A stretch of 64,000 bases of DNA from Girardia tigrina (lineage: Eukaryota), in NCBI GenBank assembly GCA_001938485.1, contig MQRK01167730.1:4723-68722 (forward strand), in the 5' to 3' direction. The notes beneath the pieces were generated by a model, which made no database searches, was not told where the DNA came from, and saw only the letters and a program-made list of their open reading frames with translations. Numbering within the stretch: position 1 is the stretch's first letter; each line of letters begins with the position of its first letter. Of the stretch, positions 1-12,734 are shown piece by piece. A program made the position numbers and the translations under genes.

Positions 1-179
1 AAAATTTTTTTTATTAATAATATTATTTAACTATTTATAGTTATCATTTAGGAATTCAAATCGTTCGATTGATTTCGAATAACAGAAATGATAATAAAAC
101 CAAAATAAAACTTTTTAAACCTAATTTTAATACTTCTACACTTAATTATCACTTGATTTTCACAATATTTGTTCAATTT

Positions 180-424
180 ATTATTTTTTTCCGTACATCA
201 TTAAGACGGATTATTTTCCCGTATAAGACATAAGCTATTTAATTATAGTATATACGGTTTATGTAGAGCCGTAAATGTTTTAAAATATTGTATTGTCATC
301 GGAAGCAAGCCTGTATAAAAAAATTCAGTTCAATTGGATGACTGAAAGTGGTCGAAAAATCAATCGCAAGATTTGTTCCAGACAGACAAACAGACAAGAA
401 AGCAAGCTAATAAAAACGTGGTAA
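180..424. mobile_element. Non-autonomous Helitron/Helentron-like (HINE/DINE-type) repeat
   Basis: Ends in a (CAGA/CAAA)n microsatellite followed by GAAAGCAAGCTAATAAAAACGTGGTAA, the layout typical of invertebrate HINE-like repeats; left boundary approximate. Confidence 0.4.
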
Positions 425-537
425 AAATACCAATTTCCATCTGGTTGGAAGAATCACCTTTTTAAGTTCAGCATACTCAAATCAACATACAACATCAATA
501 CATTCATACATTCAAACAATTTAAAATATTTCTCACA
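423..537. mobile_element. Terminal piece of the solo-LTR family ending ...TTCCTCACA
   Basis: AAAATACCAATTTCCATCTGG...TTTAAAATATTTCTCACA closely matches 56281-56395, and less closely 49315-49416 and 51160-51268. Confidence 0.7.
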
Positions 538-548
538 CATTATATATT

Positions 549-585
549 GTGATCGATTTCGACAGATCAACCATCATCATCAGAC
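549..585 (-). ncRNA. Minimal type I hammerhead ribozyme (PLE family D), intact core
   Basis: GU-CUGAUGA-U-GAUGG(UUGAU)CUGUC-GAAA-UCGA-UC-AC: conserved core, stem II with two G.U pairs, palindromic stem III loop, AUC triplet; stem I is only about 2 bp. Confidence 0.8.
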
Positions 586-690
586 TAAACTAACAATAAT
601 ATATTCTCGTTTATATATCAAAGCAATATATATGTAATTTATAAATCATGAAAATACTTTTAATAAAGTTGAAGGGGATAGTGTTTGCAC

Positions 691-904
691 CAGGACTGCG
701 GAGTTGAACTAAAATTGTCCGACTCCGACTACAACTTCGACTCAGCTTTCGACTCCAACTCTGACTCCGACTCCTTTTTAGGTCAATTTATAATATTTGT
801 TGTTATTTTGGTCGGATTCGAATTTCACGACTCCGACTCCGACGCCTACTCCGATTTCAACTCAACCTTCGACTCCCGACTCCGACTCCGACCCCGCTGC
901 CCTG
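691..904. mobile_element. hAT-type MITE with internal GACTCC repeats
   Basis: Imperfect TIRs CAGGACTGCGGAGT / ACCCCGCTGCCCTG; 8-bp TSD GTTTGCAC (683-690) / GCTTGCAC (905-912); splits the PLE coding tail. Confidence 0.85.
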
Positions 905-1559
905 GCTTGCACATAGATTTTAGGATCCCAAGATTTGATCAACAATGCATCACACATCACCTTCTCCCAGTAATTTTTAGATTTTGAACACAAAATCTTA
1001 AAATTACTTACATTAACTTTACTGTTCAAACAGTTCTCCCTATTTTGAGCAAAATTACTATCACTTTCCCTTCGATAATATTCCTGAATCCCTTTACAGA
1101 GATGACGGGCAGTCTCTCCAATGTATGTAGCGTCACACTCATTACATTTATATTGATAAATTAAATAATTACATAAGCCATTTGGAGTGATATATTTACT
1201 ACTGAATGTTCACTAAATCGTATCAGCAGCAGCAACCAATTAAGAGTTTTTTTCCAAGTGATATTTAATTTAATTTTTTGATTTTTAATTATTAAAGAAA
1301 AATTTCTTAATTGGATTTGCGACCCCTGAAATTTTTGAGCTGAGAAAAATTCAGACGTACATTAAAAAATTTTTAATTCAATTAAAAATTTTAAAAAATT
1401 GATCAAAAAAATTATTATCGAAAACTTTGAATGAATTAATTTTTGTATTGTTTAAATATATTTGAATTATTATCGCGTTCTTTAAATTTGTTTTCTTTGT
1501 AATTAAATATTTGAAACCATTCTATTAACAAGAATGTTACTGTTTCAAAAGCGATAAAC

Positions 1560-1920
1560 AATGATTTTTCTAACATCACATATGAAGAAATTTTTGGAAA
1601 GAATAAATGCTCGAAAAATGCAAGAAAAAACAGGATCATCGATCTTGGTTTTATCGATTTGTTATTGGTCGTTTGCCGATGGAATTCGAACGGGAATCCG
1701 TCGAACTCGATTATCGAAAATATCTGATCGTGCAATCGCGAATCGCCGCCACAACAGGCGACTACTCGTAATTGGCAACGGCGCAATACAATCCCTGATG
1801 TCTCTATGTCGACCAGTCCAGAGAACGATCCCTGCCGATTTATTCGGAATTTCCCGATCCGAAATGCGGTCGGAGTCTGTGGACGACACGTTTGACCGGG
1901 ACAGACACGATAATTTATTA
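1560..1920. pseudogene. Unidentified GC/CpG-richer coding-like fragment abutting a PLE inverted repeat
   Basis: Sharp compositional shift from the AT-rich background and protein-like translations in several frames; family not recognised. Confidence 0.35.
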
Positions 1921-2448
1921 TGTTTGTATACATCATCATCAGCAATTTTCGGATGTTAGTATATGAATATTGAATTGTTTTAATAATACACTTTTAATAG
2001 ATATATTAACTTTAAAAGGAATATTGAAAATTAAATATTATAATTTATTAAAGTATTATTGGGTAATAATGGCAAAATATGAGTTTTCTGTTCTACAAAA
2101 CGGATTCGATTCACATTACGAACGACAGTTTTGTGAATCGCTACTAATAAGACACTACAACCCATCAATTAACATTCAGAATTGGCAAACTAAGGTTATT
2201 TCAATACTTAAAATTTTTAATTAAAATATTATTACCCAAAAAATTATTACCCATTATTACCCAATAATACTTTAATAAATAATAATATTTAATTCTCAAT
2301 ATTCCTTTTAAAGTAAATATATCTATTAAAATTGTTTTATTAAAACAAATCAATATTCATATGCTAAATATACGAAAATTGCTGATAATGATGTAACATC
2401 GAAATATGTCAATAATTATATAAAAAAAAGCTTTAATCAAATTATATT
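1921..2448 (+). mobile_element. PLE family B unit: inverted pLTR + GIY-YIG C-terminus + pLTR
   Basis: 1921-2080 is the reverse complement of about 2221-2400; the middle encodes EFSVLQNGFDSHYERQFCESLLIRHYNPSINIQ...LKIFN*; decayed hammerhead at 2378-2413 (CUGAUAA). Confidence 0.85.
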
Positions 2449-3220
2449 TTATATATATATATATATATTTGAAAAGAAATATTTTTGAACAAATAAATCA
2501 TAGGATATTTGAGAAATTCTTAAAAATAATTAATAAAATATAAAAAAATTATATTTAAGATGATCGATTCACGAGGATGATTTTTCGGTTGGCAATGTTT
2601 TTTAAAATATATATTTTGCTGACTCATTCGCTTTTTTAATGTTTGATATGAAAATTACAGATGAAAAATTATTAGCATTTGTTTTCTATCAAATGATAGA
2701 AAATAAAATCGAAAAATTAATAAAAATAATATCATTAACATATACTCTTTTTAATTACTTCTTCATTTTGAATATTAATTAATGAGTTATAGTGTCTGAT
2801 TAGCAATGATTTTCAATACAACCACTCATTTTGTAAGCCATAATGTGTTTGAAGAATAAAAATTTTATTTTTAAGATTTCTAAGTTTTTTTAAGAAGTTA
2901 ACTTTATAAACTTCTTTCGTTCAATCCAGTGTTTACATATTATTAGTTTCTATTTTGTTTTGAACTAGGATGAAGATAAGGACATATTTATAAAATAATA
3001 GAAATTATGACTTAGTTATACAATATTTTGGTAATATTACAAGAATTAAATATTAAAGAAGATTCAAATGAGAATCAGAAATTAATAAGAAAATTCAAAT
3101 GAAGAACTTAAAATATAAAACTTCTAAATGAATGATATAATTTTGCAAAATCGGGTTTAAATAAAAAAGTAAGATTAAATAAAATATTTCAGAAATTCAA
3201 AATTTATGATTAAAATAAAA

Positions 3221-3769
3221 ATAAACAAATAAATGCCATTTAAAAATATATTTTAGGATAATATATTTCGATGGTTTAACCGTCATCATCACTGATTATG
3301 TTCTTTTTTATTGCTTTTATATAAGAAATGAGTGATTGTGTAATCACTCCACATATACATTATTATGCCACATACATCGGAGAGACTGCCCGTCATCTCT
3401 GCAAACGAGTCCAAGAACACAGTCAAAAAGGGGGAAAGAGTAATATTTCTGAACATAAAAAAACGTGTAAATGTAATATGAGCATAAATGATTTTAAGAT
3501 TGTGTGCAAGCATTTTAAAAATTATTGGGAGAGAGTGTCATGTGAAGCATTGTTGATAAGATCATGTGATCCTAAAATCAGTGTTCAAACAGCACTCTCC
3601 ACTAATTTGTTAAGAGTTTTCGATTAGACTTACGTAAGGGATTACATAATCACTCATTTCTTATATAAAAGCAATAAAAAAGAACATAATCAGTGATCTG
3701 ATGATGACGGTTAAACCGTCGAAATATATTATCCTAAAATATATTTTTAAATGGCGTTTATTTGTTTAT
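3221..3769 (+). mobile_element. PLE family A unit: ~125-bp inverted pLTRs flanking a GIY-YIG fragment
   Basis: Arms 3221-3345 and 3640-3769 are near-perfect reverse complements; ORF 3328-3627 has ATYIGETARHL...EHKKTC...CEALLIRSCDPKISVQ; possible TSD AATAAAA (3214-3220 / 3770-3776). Confidence 0.92.
3695..3733 (+). ncRNA. Minimal type I hammerhead ribozyme (PLE family A), intact
   Basis: GAU-CUGAUGA-U-GACGG(UUAAA)CCGUC-GAAA-UAUA-UU-AUC: 3-bp stem I, perfect 5-bp stem II, palindromic stem III loop; predicted cleavage after 3730. Confidence 0.9.
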
Positions 3770-4499
3770 AATAAAAAATTGCCATATTTTTTCAAGTTAA
3801 TTAAAATAAAAATAATTAAAATTTCATACATATTCAGAAATAATAATATAAAGTCTTTTATAATGTGAGAATTATTAGGGATTAAAACGATGCATGCCAT
3901 TTGTATTGGTATTTTGGTTGTTCTAGATGCCGAATTGTTCGAGAATGATATATCTTTTTAATTAAAAAATAATATTTTAAAAAATTTTAAATATTAAAAT
4001 GATAATATTAATTTTAATTAAGCATAAACTAAATTTTTAATACCGATTAAATTTATTTTTTTCATATAAAAATCATTCAAAAAATTTTCCAGTAAACATT
4101 TTATTGGAATATATAAAATTTATGAAATAATCATGAAACCATAAATTTAATTTAATTGTAAAAATTGGAAATCGTTGTTCGAATAATTATTTTAAAATAC
4201 TTCATTTTAGAATCATTTTAAATGGGATGTAAACTAATGTAATCTTTGTTGAGTATCCTAAAGAAAAGTCGAATTGTGATATTAATAAAGATGTTGAAAA
4301 TCATATTTGTGTTCTTAAATCACTCAAAGTAATACAAAATTAAATTTGAAATTAAATACAATGAATTTTTCGTTTAAAATTTAGTTACGATAATGCTCGA
4401 TAACATTATCGCTTTACACTATGATCATCTTAAAAATCTTATGGGACATTTTATAACATAAAACAATTCTAGAATAGTGTTGATTATTATCCATTGTGG

Positions 4500-4838
4500 A
4501 CAGGAAGCCGTGTCTCCATGTTATTTTGGGAAGAAAAGAAATGTTTGTCAATTTATCATCTAAAGCATTCAGAGATTTTCCTTTTTGAATTACATCGGCA
4601 ATGTTTTTCACCATAATTCTTTGAACATCCTTCAATTCACAATTAATTTGAGCTAAATTTCTCGATGTTCTGGTGTCTGTAAATATCTTTTTTTGCCTTT
4701 TGACTATCTCTCGAACTCAATAAACGCATAAGGTCTTGATGCAATATCAAATTTACTGCCATATTCATTGTGAAATTTACCCATAATATCAGTCAAAAAT
4801 GCAAACACTATTTCTTTTGAAAATTCCCTCTCAGTTTC
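4500..4838 (-). pseudogene. SEC22B: Sec22 (longin R-SNARE) gene fragment, disrupted
   Basis: EREFSKEIVFAFLTDIMGKFHNEYGSKIDIASRPYAFIEF...KKIFTDTRTSRNLAQINCELKDVQRIMVKNIADVIQKGKSLNALDDK matches Sec22b SRPYSFIEF...[20 protein letters not shown]; frame is disrupted, no N-terminus or TM segment. Confidence 0.9.
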
Positions 4839-7214
4839 TATTTTTTGTAAATTTATTTATTTTAAATTGATTATAATTCAAATTCGATCAAGAGACAACT
4901 CTTTTTTTTAAAAAACTTTTATTTGTGATTAAAACTCACATTTTCCAATTAAACTACACACACACACAACATACACACCTTCAGTCAATCCCAATCATTT
5001 ATTCATTCTCATTTATTTACACACACCTAACTTTCAATCAATCACATTCTCCTCATACATTCACATGCAAACAATAAATAAAAATGAGGCTCACCATTCG
5101 ATCGAATATATTAATTATAGTGATTTATTCGATCTCTTTATGCGTGGAATTGAATTCGAATGATTCCACAAATTATATTCTATTATACACTGCGCGTTTA
5201 TTATTTAATTTATTGTTTTTATATTTAATCATTTAATTATATATTTTGTTTACATTTTACTGAAACTGGCAAAAATGTTCGGGCAAATCAGCAATTCTCA
5301 GCTTCACATTGATTAATAAAATATTAAAAACAATATAATTTTAACCCAAATGGAATCAAAAAGTACAAATGTACTTTAAGTCGCGCCTTACTTGTTTTAA
5401 GTATCAAACTTTCGATTTTCATAATAATATATGCGAATCTTAATTTCACACTTCCAACAAAAAACCAATATTTGTATTTAATTTACGTAGAAAGTCATAA
5501 AATTAATGTGTAAAATTTAATTTGAAAGTATAAATCTCATTTATTTTACTATGCAAATATTAGAAATTTCGTTGGTAATCAACCATAAATATTCTAGAAA
5601 CGCAAGGAAGTTTCATAGGACATTTCATCACACATGAAACACTGGAAATGTGATTTGATGTTACATAAACTGATGCTGGTTGATAATGAACGATGACATA
5701 TTTTAAGGGCAAAAATTTACTTTCCTAAAGAAAATGTGGGAAAAGGCGACAGAAATTATCAGATTAATTTATCAACATTAATTCTGTCTATTCTGGAACA
5801 AAATTTCCTTTCGTCACAAACTGCTAAGATAGTTTTACTTTATGTAATTGTTGAAGGATAAATGAGAAGCTTCAAATACTCATTGAAGAAATAAAATAAA
5901 ATCTAATTTAAATAAATTAGATTTTCAGAGTCTCTTTCTTAAATAGTTTACAAACTATGCCAGATTTTCTGAATTAATTTCTGAATAAATACCGTGTAAA
6001 AATAAATAAAGTGCTCTTTTTTATTTTTTAGCAAGTCGGTTTAAACATTTAAATCATTGATGTACAAAAAGACTCATACAAGTAATACGGGCCAAGGAAT
6101 ACTTCTTTCATCCAAGAATGACAAGAGTATTACTTGACTGCCGAATGACTAAATAATTAAGCAGATTCGTATAAAAAATTACTGTAATGTAATATTTTTT
6201 TAAATTTAGTTATTATAATTTATGTATACAAAAAGCTAATAAAAGTATTCAATTCCTAGATTTTTATAATTCAAAATTTTAACAAAAATTAATAAAAAAA
6301 CATAAAAATACATAAAGTTTATAAAACTTTTAAAAAGTTAAAAATGATTTTTTTTAGAAAAAACCACGAAAATTAAATAATAATATAAAACCAAAAAAAG
6401 TTTAGACAAATTAAAATTAATTTATTTTAATAGGAAAAATGATTAATAAAAGTTTTAAAATAAGAATTTTAAAATATGTAAAATATGTAAAACTTATAAT
6501 ATTTTTTATAAAATAATTTTAAAAGAAATTAAAGTTAAGTTAAATATTTTAATTAAGTGATTTTAAAACATAAAATATGTATTATAAATTCAATTTAATT
6601 ATATTTTATAAATAAATTTTTCAATTTAAAAAATTATAGTTTAAATTTAAAGAAAATCTAATTAATGGATTTTTGCGAAATGATTTAATTAACGAGAAAT
6701 TTGTTTAAATATGTTTATTATTATTAATAAACTTTTGTGTTAAAGATGAATTAGGACTCATAAATGTCAATAACGACAAATAATAACAATATTGCAATTT
6801 TATCTTGTATCACAAACTTGTTCCTCAATTTTCTCAAAAGTAATCGTTCTTTTATTATGTATTCAGTTGAAAGAATTTGCTGAAAAAATATTTTATGGCT
6901 CGGAAATTTTAAACGATTTATCAAAACTGAGGCAAATTACCACAATTAAATTAATTAAATGTTATATCTGTGAAAGTAAGTTTAGAAAACTAAACAAATA
7001 TTTTAATAAAATAAACGAAACCTTAAAATAAAACAATCCAATAAACATGATAGTCTTATGTTTTGTGTATAAAATACTAAGAAAAAAAGGATTAGGAAAA
7101 AAAATCAATTGGAGAGTCGTTTTAAATAGATAGAAATTACAGTAAACAGGAAAATCAAAATAATCTTCTATTAAAAGTAAGTCATGGAATTTCCTGGAAA
7201 ATGATAGACCCTTT

Positions 7215-7500
7215 TGTTGTTGCTGAAACCGAATTTCATTAAACCAGATTAAATTTTTTATTAAAAATAATTTTATCAGAGTAATAATAGAGTAAATTAA
7301 TTTAAAATTGATTAAAATTATAATTATTTAAGAAAATTATTTCTTCTAGATCAAATTCATAATTAATAATGTTTATTTTGTTAACTTTTAAACCATCAAG
7401 AATTTTATTTAATAGAAATGATTTAATAGAATTTCTTTTGAATAAATATTTAGTAAATGTTAGTAAATTTTTAGTTTAGAAAATGTTTTGATAATATGTA
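7215..7500. repeat. Dispersed AT-rich repeat, inverted relative of ~20540-20770
   Basis: Shared blocks GTTGCTGAAA and AAATATTTAGTAAATGTTAGTAAATTTTTAGT, reverse-complemented at about 20552-20767. Confidence 0.5.
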
Positions 7501-8039
7501 TCAACACAAATTAAATTAATTTAAGAAAAGGAAGTTTAAAGCTCCATTAATTATAAAATATTCACATGTTTTTACTTTTTCAATCCGAAGAGGTGAATTC
7601 ACTTCCCCTTCAAGAATCCTTAACGAACGAAATGAATCTTACACAGATTGACAGTTATCGATAATTCTGCGAGAAACTCTTAATATCTCCAAAATTGCTG
7701 ATTCTTCCGCTGAGCTCCCTCAAATACTTGCCAGCCTTCCATTTTCTGGGTCTGACATTGACTGCTTTCTTCACGCCTTTGTTGTCAGTCCACAGGTTAT
7801 TCTGATAAACTCAGATATGGCTAGGAACACTGTTATAGAAAGGAGCATTCTCGAAGTCAAGATCTTTGTACACCTCTTTTAGTGGCTGGATGCTACTGGA
7901 TTCTTATCCATATATCTCTCACTGTGCTGGTACTGCAAAATGGTTTTATGTATTGGGCTGGAATCCACATATAGTGGGAACGTTAGGCTTATGTCTGAAA
8001 TTTGTTACTGCTCTGAGTAGCCATCTCCATGACTACTCG

Positions 8040-9350
8040 GTTACCTTGGATCAATAATATCTTCTTATGGAACTTGTGAGCCAGATATCAGAGAGAGAAA
8101 AAGGAAAGGGTTCGGTAAGCTACGAACTTTGATGCCTATCCTGAAGTGTCCAAAACTAACGATCCAAAGCAAGCGAAAATTGATTGAGAGTTGTATACTA
8201 TCTGTAGTATACTATGGGTGTGAAAATTGGAGGACTACCGACACACTGGTAAATAAACTGCAGAGCCTACACAATCATGATACTCGACTAGTGTTGCGGA
8301 TAAGGAAGGATCAACAGATCAGAATGGATACCATCACAATTGGGTTACCTCACCCAATGGACATTCTAACTAAGAGATGACTCCCGTTCCACGCTCTCTT
8401 AGCTACTGGCAATGGACCGATGATCCTGAAAAGAGTCATTGAATCCTCAATGACAGAGGGTAAGAAAATCTCAGGAAGAAAGAAGCAACAAATCAAAGAA
8501 TGCTTAAGAGTCGACACGGAATGGCTTTTTGGAGAAAATGCTTCCTTTGATGATTTTTTAATATTAATTCAGCAGGAAAGCGCTCAACTCAAGATGAAAG
8601 ATAGGATCGACTCATTAATATGCGAGAGGCGAATAATTGGGCGGAGATCAGAAGACATGCCAAAACTTATCAGACCACGGATGAAACTGTTTCAATGTTC
8701 ATACGAATCGGAATTTCAGGGAATTCGCGGAGCAGACAGATTTAAATCGACACGAAAAACAAGATCATAGACCAAGAGTCCCTCAAGAAGAAGAGCCGGA
8801 TGGATTCAATTGCCATCAATGCAGAAAAAACTACAAAACCAAAGGATGGCTCATAAGACATTTCAAAACAGCGCGCAAAATTGAAGATGAACAATTAGTC
8901 CAAATTTTTCCCAGCAGAACCAATCAGTCCAGACAATCAGAAGAAGGGAATCAACCACTGAACGCGATACCAGAAGACAGCGTAACTCAAGTACCAATCG
9001 TCGATTCGAATGCTGCTTCGATAGGAGAGTTAGAAGCGAGTCCTTTATAAACCCATCTGGACTTTTACCTGGACTAAACCTTACAGATCTAACTGTGAGA
9101 GGAACCTTCAAATGCCCGTTTTGCAGATGTGTAAAGTCCACGTACACAGCCAAAAGGATGCAGAATCATGGGACTACTATCCATGACTGGTCGTTTCTGA
9201 CTGGATTGCCAAAGCGTGTGCGGAAGTGAAAGGCCTGTAGGAGGCCTATCGCTTATAGACTTATTTGGTTTGGGTGGACCATCTAAAGAGCCTATAGGCT
9301 CAATACCATTCTTGAAAGAGATGGGAGGCCCAATTTAAGGAAATGATAAT
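8040..9350 (+). mobile_element. RTE-like non-LTR retrotransposon 3' fragment with C-terminal C2H2 zinc fingers
   Basis: RT thumb region KLTIQSKRKLIESCILSVVYYGCENW...KLQSLHN..RLVLRI, then EGKKISGRKKQ; fingers FQCSY../EFAEQTDLNRHEKQDH, FNCHQCRKNYKTKGWLIRH, FKCPFCRC...MQNHGTTIH; stops and frameshifts. Confidence 0.8.
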
Positions 9351-11152
9351 TTATATGATCTATTTACTTGAATCAAGATTTTTTTCTGTTCTGTTTGGAA
9401 GTTTTTAATCACTTCTTTGCAGCTGTTTAGAAAGGGGAAACTTTCATATTTTGAAGAATCAATTTAACAGTTTTAGCAACGTAATAAAACTCTTCAACTG
9501 GTAAAATAAAAAAAATGTCACTCCTTTTTTTATAATTAAATTCCTTTCTTTTCCTACAATAATTAGAATTTTAAAAAATGAGTACTGTGTTAAATCAATT
9601 TAAATAAATTGATTTATAATTTTGAATAATTCTTTGGATTAATTTATTATTGCTTAAATTTTATAATTGTTGAAAAACATTGACTGATAATCAAGAAAAA
9701 ATATTTTAAAAGGGATAAAAATGAATTAGAAAATATTTCAAATTTCTGTAATAACTCTCTTGTAGTTAAAAAAATTTAAAACAATAAATCCATGAGGAGA
9801 TACATACTTTTCATTTCATTAATCGGGAATTAAATAATTTAATTAAAAAATAATAATTTAATATTATTTAATTAATTATTGAAAATTAAAAATAGTTTTG
9901 AAAGAATCGTAGTTTAAGTTAATTAAATTTTAAAAATTCAAAATTTCATAATTTAAAATAATGATTGAAATCAATATTTTTATTATAAAATTAGTTGAAT
10001 ATTTTCGAAAAAATAAAATATTATTTAAATAATAGAAATTGGTGAAGTGATTATTAAAGAAAAAAGGAAGTGTTTTGAAATTTGTGTATTATAAAATTTA
10101 TTAATTGTGCTACTTATGACCACTAATATTGACGTAACTAACAATGACAAAAATGTAAATTTAGATTAACAATTGAACTACCAGATCAGTCACTTTGAAT
10201 AGTGAGCTCATTTTTTATTAAACTAATGCATAAATTCAATTTATTTTTTTGTCCAAATTCATTATAATTTTCGTTACAGTAAGAAACTAATACACATATC
10301 CATTCTTGTTCCACTCCTTATTTTACCATTATTTTTTACTCATTATTTAATGATCTTGTTGTTCAAATATTGAAAAAAGAGATCAATTTAAATGTCTTGT
10401 AATCTCAGTTAAAGAGAGAATCTATTTATAATACAAATTCAATCTTTAATTTCTCTGGTACAGCATACATTGTTAAGTATTTAAATTTAAATTCTCATTT
10501 GAAAGTTTTTTTCTACTTATTTAAACTAGAAAAATTTTGAAAATTTATTTTGAAAATGTATATAGAAATATATATATATATATATACACATATATATACA
10601 TATATATANNNNNNNNNNNNNNNNNNNNNNNNNNNNNNNNNNNNNNNNNNNNNNNNNNTATATATATATATATATATATATACTAATGACATATCGACTC
10701 GTCAAATATCTTCTGCAAGTTGCGGCCCGCTGCAGACGCTTAACTATCATTAACAGAAATTTAATATCCTTGCATAAAAAATTATTATCATCTTCATTCT
10801 CGAACCATTTGATACCATTAATAATTAAACAGATATTTTCCTCTTAAGAAAATAAATTATTGCCCATTTAAAAGTTTGGAAAGATATCAATTACTTGTAT
10901 CCGTCTACGAGAATAAATAATAATTTAGTTCTACGCGACCCCAAAATCAACAAGAATCTATCAAACCAAGTCAGATAATTATTTTCTCATTATTCATTGA
11001 ATTAATATTTATTTTATTAGTAATTGTTTCTGTTGTTCGTTTACAAAATATTTCAAGTGTTCTTTAAAAGATGTGATAGGTTAATTTAAATGTTTTTGAG
11101 TGTTTTAAACTTGATTTTTTTTATTTTCTTAAATATTCAATTTTTTGAAATT

Positions 11153-12220
11153 TTAGGTTGGTCGAAAAATAATGGCGGTTTTGGGACACAAAATGCCTGG
11201 ACAAATGCCTGAAAAAGTAGAAGTCCGTTGGCNAGAGGTCTGGTGAATATGGTGGATGAGGCAGGGTTTCATAGCCCAACTCATTAAGCTTTTGAAGAGT
11301 CACTTTTGAAATATGAGGTCTAGCATTATCATGAAGAAGGATGAGACTTTTTCGATTGACCCGGACAAAGGGTTTTCAATTTTTTATGCATTTCATCAAT
11401 TTCATGACAGTACCTCTCCACTGGGATTGTTTCACCTGGATTCAAGAAACTATAGTGGATGATTCCAGCATCACACCACCAAACTGTCACCATAACCTTA
11501 CGGGGTGTTAGTTTCGGTACTTCATCTTTGTCCAACCACTGTGNNNNNNNNNNNNNNNNNNNNNNNNNNNNNNNNNNNNNNNNNNNNNNNNNNNNNNNNN
11601 NNAAATGGATCGTTTTTATTGCGAAGATGATTGGCAGAACAAATTTAATAGCGTCGGTTCTTTTGATTTTCATTCAAATCACGTGGAACCCATTTATCAA
11701 GTTTCTTGATTTTTCCAAGTTATTTTAAATGATCCAGGACTGGTGAATGACTAATGCCCAAACCATCTGCAAGTTCTCTGATTATTGTACGGGGATCTGT
11801 TTCCACCATTGTCCTCAAATTGTCGTTGTTCACAACAACTGGACGACCACGACCTTCTTCATCTTCAAGGTTTTCATCTTCATCAAAAAATTTTCGGAAC
11901 CATCGTTGCACTGTGCGCTCAGAAGTTGTTCCCTTGCCAAACGCTTTATTGATATTGCGAGCCGTTTCTGCTGCTTTATGATCCCAGTTTAAATTCGTAC
12001 AAGAAAATTGCTCGAATTTTAATTTTTTCCATTATTAATTTAGCACCGTAAATATTCTAAAAAATAACAGCAATATGTTAATAATGGCTATAGGAATATA
12101 TAGCTAGGCATAAGATTTCAAATAATATCTAACACTAATGCATTTAAACTTATATACATATCAAACTAGATAAACAAAGTATAAAGCTCAAAAACCGTCA
12201 TTATTTTTCGACCAAACTAA
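11153..12220 (-). mobile_element. Mariner transposon, 3'-deleted and frameshifted
   Basis: 30-bp TIRs TTAGGTTGGTCGAAAAATAATGGCGGTTTT / AAAACCGTCATTATTTTTCGACCAAACTAA followed by TA; MEKIKIRAIFLYEFKLG, VQRWFRKF..EDEEGRGRP, KWVP, KVMVTVWW, HPPYSPDL. Confidence 0.95.
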
Positions 12221-12259
12221 TATAAAAAAAACTATACGCCATATTAAAATATATTTTTT

Positions 12260-12345
12260 TTCTGATAATATATTTCGATGTTTTTATCGTCATCTTCAGA
12301 TCACTGATATTTTAGCTTTTTTATTGCTTATATACATGTGATAAC
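12260..12345 (-). mobile_element. Isolated PLE family A-like pLTR with decayed hammerhead
   Basis: GAU-CUGAAGA-U-GACGA(UAAAA)ACAUC-GAAA-UAUA-UU-AUC; stem II mismatched; upstream TATATAAGCAATAAAAAA as in 3660-3700. Confidence 0.75.
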
Positions 12346-12734
12346 AGAGTGATAACAGTTATATACATTATTAGCCCTCTTAAAATAATCTGAAAGGATC
12401 TGAGATATTGAAATATGTCACTATTCAGAAATTTTATACAAATTCTAAAATATATCTTTTTTATCATATGAAGTTTGAAATCTGTTAAAATGATCAAGAC
12501 CTATCAATATTATTTAAAATCTTAAAAGAACAAGCATCGTAGAAGCGGAGATAAGTTATCATTTTATGTGAAGAAACATTCACCGTTAGATTCAATAAAG
12601 TTTGTGATTATATAAGGATAATTCATGATTTTTCTGTTTTAATATTCATCTAACTTTAATCACGTTTCATATAAATATTTAAAAAATGACGATAAATTAT
12701 TTTTAAGAATCAAGAAAACGTTCGTCATAATTTA

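Larger units (their letters stand above)
547..1170 (-). mobile_element. Penelope-like element 3' fragment (family D): GIY-YIG endonuclease tail + pLTR, interrupted by a hAT MITE
   Basis: Minus strand reads LIYQYKCNECDATYIGETARHLCK...FKILCSKSKNYWEKVMCDALLIKSWDPKIYVQ/TLSPSTLLKVFS*, then a TATATAA motif and a hammerhead motif. Confidence 0.9.

Noticed and set aside
685-987. 100-aa Asp/Ser-rich ORF resembling an SD-repeat protein
   Set aside because: It is the translation of the MITE's GACTCC repeats plus antisense PLE sequence
7640-8040. GC-richer segment upstream of the RTE fragment
   Set aside because: Probably TE-derived (possibly a 5' inversion) but no motif could be assigned
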